A stretch of DNA of 64,000 nucleotides from Elusimicrobiota bacterium (lineage in GTDB: Bacteria > Elusimicrobiota > Elusimicrobia > Elusimicrobiales > UBA9959), in contig DMXM01000034.1 in the NCBI GenBank assembly GCA_003482905.1, forward strand, positions 108,277 through 172,276. Reading direction: 5' to 3'. The position numbers were made by a program, and so were the translations under genes. Of the stretch, positions 61,846-64,000 are shown piece after piece. A model generated the notes under the pieces. That model was not told the origin of the DNA. It did not search any database and saw nothing but the letters and a program-made list of their open reading frames with translations. The first letter of the stretch is position 1, and the number at the start of each line of letters is the position of its first letter.

Positions 61846-64000
61846 TTAAGTTTTGTCCGCTGCCACCCAATAATCAGCCAGCACTTCGGCCTGTTTTATA
61901 ACGGTGTCTACTGCTTTTTGCTGTTTGTCGGGCGGATAACCGTATTTATTCAGGGTACGGCGGACTATAACCATTAGCTTAGCGCGGGCGCTTTCCTTCA
62001 TAGTCCAGTCTATGGTGGCGTTCTTGCGCACTTTGTCCGCTATCTCGCGGGCGATGTTTTTCAGCGCTTCATCCCCCAGATTGAGGACCGCACTGTCGTT
62101 TACTTCCAGGGCTGAGTAAAAAGCGAACTCGTCCTTGGTTAATTTCAGTTTTTCAGCCAGGCCGTCTACGGACCGGATTTCCCTGGCTATTGAAATCAAC
62201 TCTTCTATGATTTCGGCGGTAGATAAAAGGTTGTTCTGGTATTTCTTAATAGAGCCCTCAAGCATTTCCAGAAGGTTTTTGCCTTTTGTTATGTTGAATT
62301 TCAGCCGCGCGCGGATCTCGTCGTTAAGTATCTTCTTCAAAAGCTCAACTCCGAGGTTTTTGTGCGCCATCTCTTTTACATCCTGCATGAATTCTTCGGA
62401 AAGCAGGGAGATGTCCGGCTTTTTAACCCCGGCTGCGTCAAAGATATCTACAACTTCGGCTGAGGCTACAGACTGGTTCACGATCTGGCGGATAGCGGTC
62501 TCGTAATTCTTTTTACCATCGGTTTCGCCATCGCCCTCAAATTTAACCAGCCTGGCCCGCACGGATTGGAAAAAGGCTATCTCGTCGCTCAGCTCAAGCG
62601 CGTCTTCGTGCGGGACGGCCAGGGCAAAAAGCTTGGAAAGGGCGGTGGACTCTTTAATAAAGCGGTCCTTGCCGTGTTCTTTAGCAAGAACAAATTCTTC
62701 CGTTTGGAGAATGAGCGAAAGCCGCTCGGACGTGCCAACTTTGAAAAAACGCATGTAATCAAAGCCGTGGAACATCTGGCGCACAACCTCTATCTTTTCA
62801 ATCAGCATTTCCAAAGCTTTCTGCTGGGTTTCAGCGGGGTCGCCTTTGCCGCCCGAGCCGGCGTAAAACGCGAGGGCCTCTTTAAGGGCGGTGCCTATGC
62901 CGATGTAATCCACTACAAGGCCGCCGGGCTTATCCAGGAAAACGCGATTCACGCGGGCTATGGCCTGCATAAGGGTATGCCGCTTCATCAACTTATCGAT
63001 GTAGAGGGTGTGCAGGCAGGGCACGTCAAAGCCGGTCAGCCACATATCCCGCACAATAACCAGCTTAAGCGGGTCTTTGGGGTCCTTCATGCGCTCGGCC
63101 AGCAGGCCGCGGCTTTCTTTATTGGTCCTGTGATGGGCAGGTATAACCAGGCTGTCGGGGTCTTCCGGGTCGAACTCCATTTTATCCGAGGAAGACGAAG
63201 TCATTACAACTTTCAGCGCCCCGGCTTTTAAATCTTCGCTATGCCACTCTGGGCGCAACGCAACAATCTCATTATAAAGCGCCACGGCTATGCGGCGGCT
63301 CATGGCGACTATCATGGCCTTGCCTTCAAAAACTTCCGAACGCTTTTCATAATGCGCCACAATATCCCTGGCAAGATTCTTTAGCCGCTCGGGGTGGCCG
63401 ACAATCGCTTCAAGTTTTGTCCATTTAGCCTTGGCTTTCTGTGTTTCAGTGGCGCCGTCGTCCGTCATTTCCTTTTCAAACTCTTCAATAAGCCTGCGCC
63501 CGTCTTCCGTAAGGTTAACTTTGGCCAAGCGGCTTTCGTAGTAGATTTTAACAGTAGCGCCGTCGTCCACGGACTGGGCAATGTCGTATTTATCAATGTA
63601 ATTTCCGAATACGGCCGGGGTGTTGATATCCGTGCTTTCAACCGGCGTGCCGGTAAAACCAATAAAGGTGGCATTGGGAATGGCGTCCCGCAGGTATTTG
63701 GCAAAGCCGTACGCCTTGCGCGTGCCGGTAACATTGCCCTCTTTATCCTTTGTATCAATAAATTTGGCCTCAAAACCGTATTGCGTGCGGTGGGCTTCGT
63801 CCGCTATTACAACAATGTTATGCCGGTCGGAAAGCTTGTCATATTCGGACTTGCCGCCCTCGGGAAAAAACTTGTGGATGGTGGTAAACACTATGCCGCC
63901 GGAGGCCACTTTCAGCAAGGCTGTTAAATTCTCGCGCGACTCCGCCTGCACCGGCTTCTGGCCCAGCAGGGTTGAGGAGGCGGCAAATGTGTCGAAAAGC
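61846..64000 (-). CDS. hsdR: Type I restriction enzyme R subunit, 3' part (5' end beyond the window)
   Basis: [13 protein letters not shown] (DEAH box), helicase C motifs (..MIVAMSR.., ..[12 protein letters not shown].., ..QAIARVNR..) and an HsdR C-terminal domain. The frame stays open upstream of the track's GTG at 63951, out to nt 64000. Confidence 0.88.
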   Translation of the reverse strand, partial: LFDTFAASSTLLGQKPVQAESRENLTALLKVASGGIVFTTIHKFFPEGGKSEYDKLSDRHNIVVIADEAHRTQYGFEAKFIDTKDKEGNVTGTRKAYGFAKYLRDAIPNATFIGFTGTPVESTDINTPAVFGNYIDKYDIAQSVDDGATVKIYYESRLAKVNLTEDGRRLIEEFEKEMTDDGATETQKAKAKWTKLEAIVGHPERLKNLARDIVAHYEKRSEVFEGKAMIVAMSRRIAVALYNEIVALRPEWHSEDLKAGALKVVMTSSSSDKMEFDPEDPDSLVIPAHHRTNKESRGLLAERMKDPKDPLKLVIVRDMWLTGFDVPCLHTLYIDKLMKRHTLMQAIARVNRVFLDKPGGLVVDYIGIGTALKEALAFYAGSGGKGDPAETQQKALEMLIEKIEVVRQMFHGFDYMRFFKVGTSERLSLILQTEEFVLAKEHGKDRFIKESTALSKLFALAVPHEDALELSDEIAFFQSVRARLVKFEGDGETDGKKNYETAIRQIVNQSVASAEVVDIFDAAGVKKPDISLLSEEFMQDVKEMAHKNLGVELLKKILNDEIRARLKFNITKGKNLLEMLEGSIKKYQNNLLSTAEIIEELISIAREIRSVDGLAEKLKLTKDEFAFYSALEVNDSAVLNLGDEALKNIAREIADKVRKNATIDWTMKESARAKLMVIVRRTLNKYGYPPDKQQKAVDTVIKQAEVLADYWVAADKT

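Overview
This is a visibly GC-rich (about 60-65 % by eye, not computed), densely coded bacterial chromosomal segment. It apparently comes from a diderm anaerobe or microaerophile, but I cannot place it taxonomically from the sequence alone.

Most of the window is housekeeping:
- a complete 14-gene complex I operon nuoA-N (22026 down to 8994, minus strand, almost every junction an ATGA-type start/stop overlap);
- trmJ-like, rnc, acpP, fabG, plsX, rpmF and yceD;
- an envelope block (SpoIID/TPR, GT4, GT2);
- tRNA-Lys(CUU) and tRNA-Leu(UAG), then tig-clpP-lon with no clpX;
- DUF885 plus an ABC-2 exporter, a TPR-like protein and a GT4;
- ackA, a sugar ABC importer, a small ferredoxin, a CDF transporter, an AmpG-like MFS, and YidE/AAE and AEC transporters;
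- a four-subunit 2-oxoacid:ferredoxin oxidoreductase in delta-alpha-beta-gamma order;
- an aminotransferase-YihY-GT4 operon;
- the 3' two-thirds of a type I restriction hsdR that runs off the right edge.

The non-routine parts are:
1. 0.2-8.1 kb holds a divergent surface module. A PorV/FadL-like outer-membrane barrel is fused to a 326-aa TPR tail and is translationally coupled to a mini-protein that is only signal peptide plus a T9SS-CTD-like domain. These face a 2xFN3 protein with a paralogous CTD and a 1239-aa tail-fibre-like protein.
2. 8.1-8.9 kb holds a ~35-40 % GC orphan membrane-protein gene bracketed by a 17/19 inverted repeat and by two very stable GC-rich multi-hairpin elements.
3. 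53.5-55.7 kb holds an orphan GspE/PilB-type secretion ATPase fused to a complete C-terminal receiver domain.
4. A pilin-fold protein carries an ordinary signal peptide instead of a prepilin leader.
5. The right edge has lower GC, consistent with an acquired restriction/defence island.

No CRISPR array, rRNA, transposase or integrase was seen. All calls rest on reading the translations and the DNA by eye; no searches were run.
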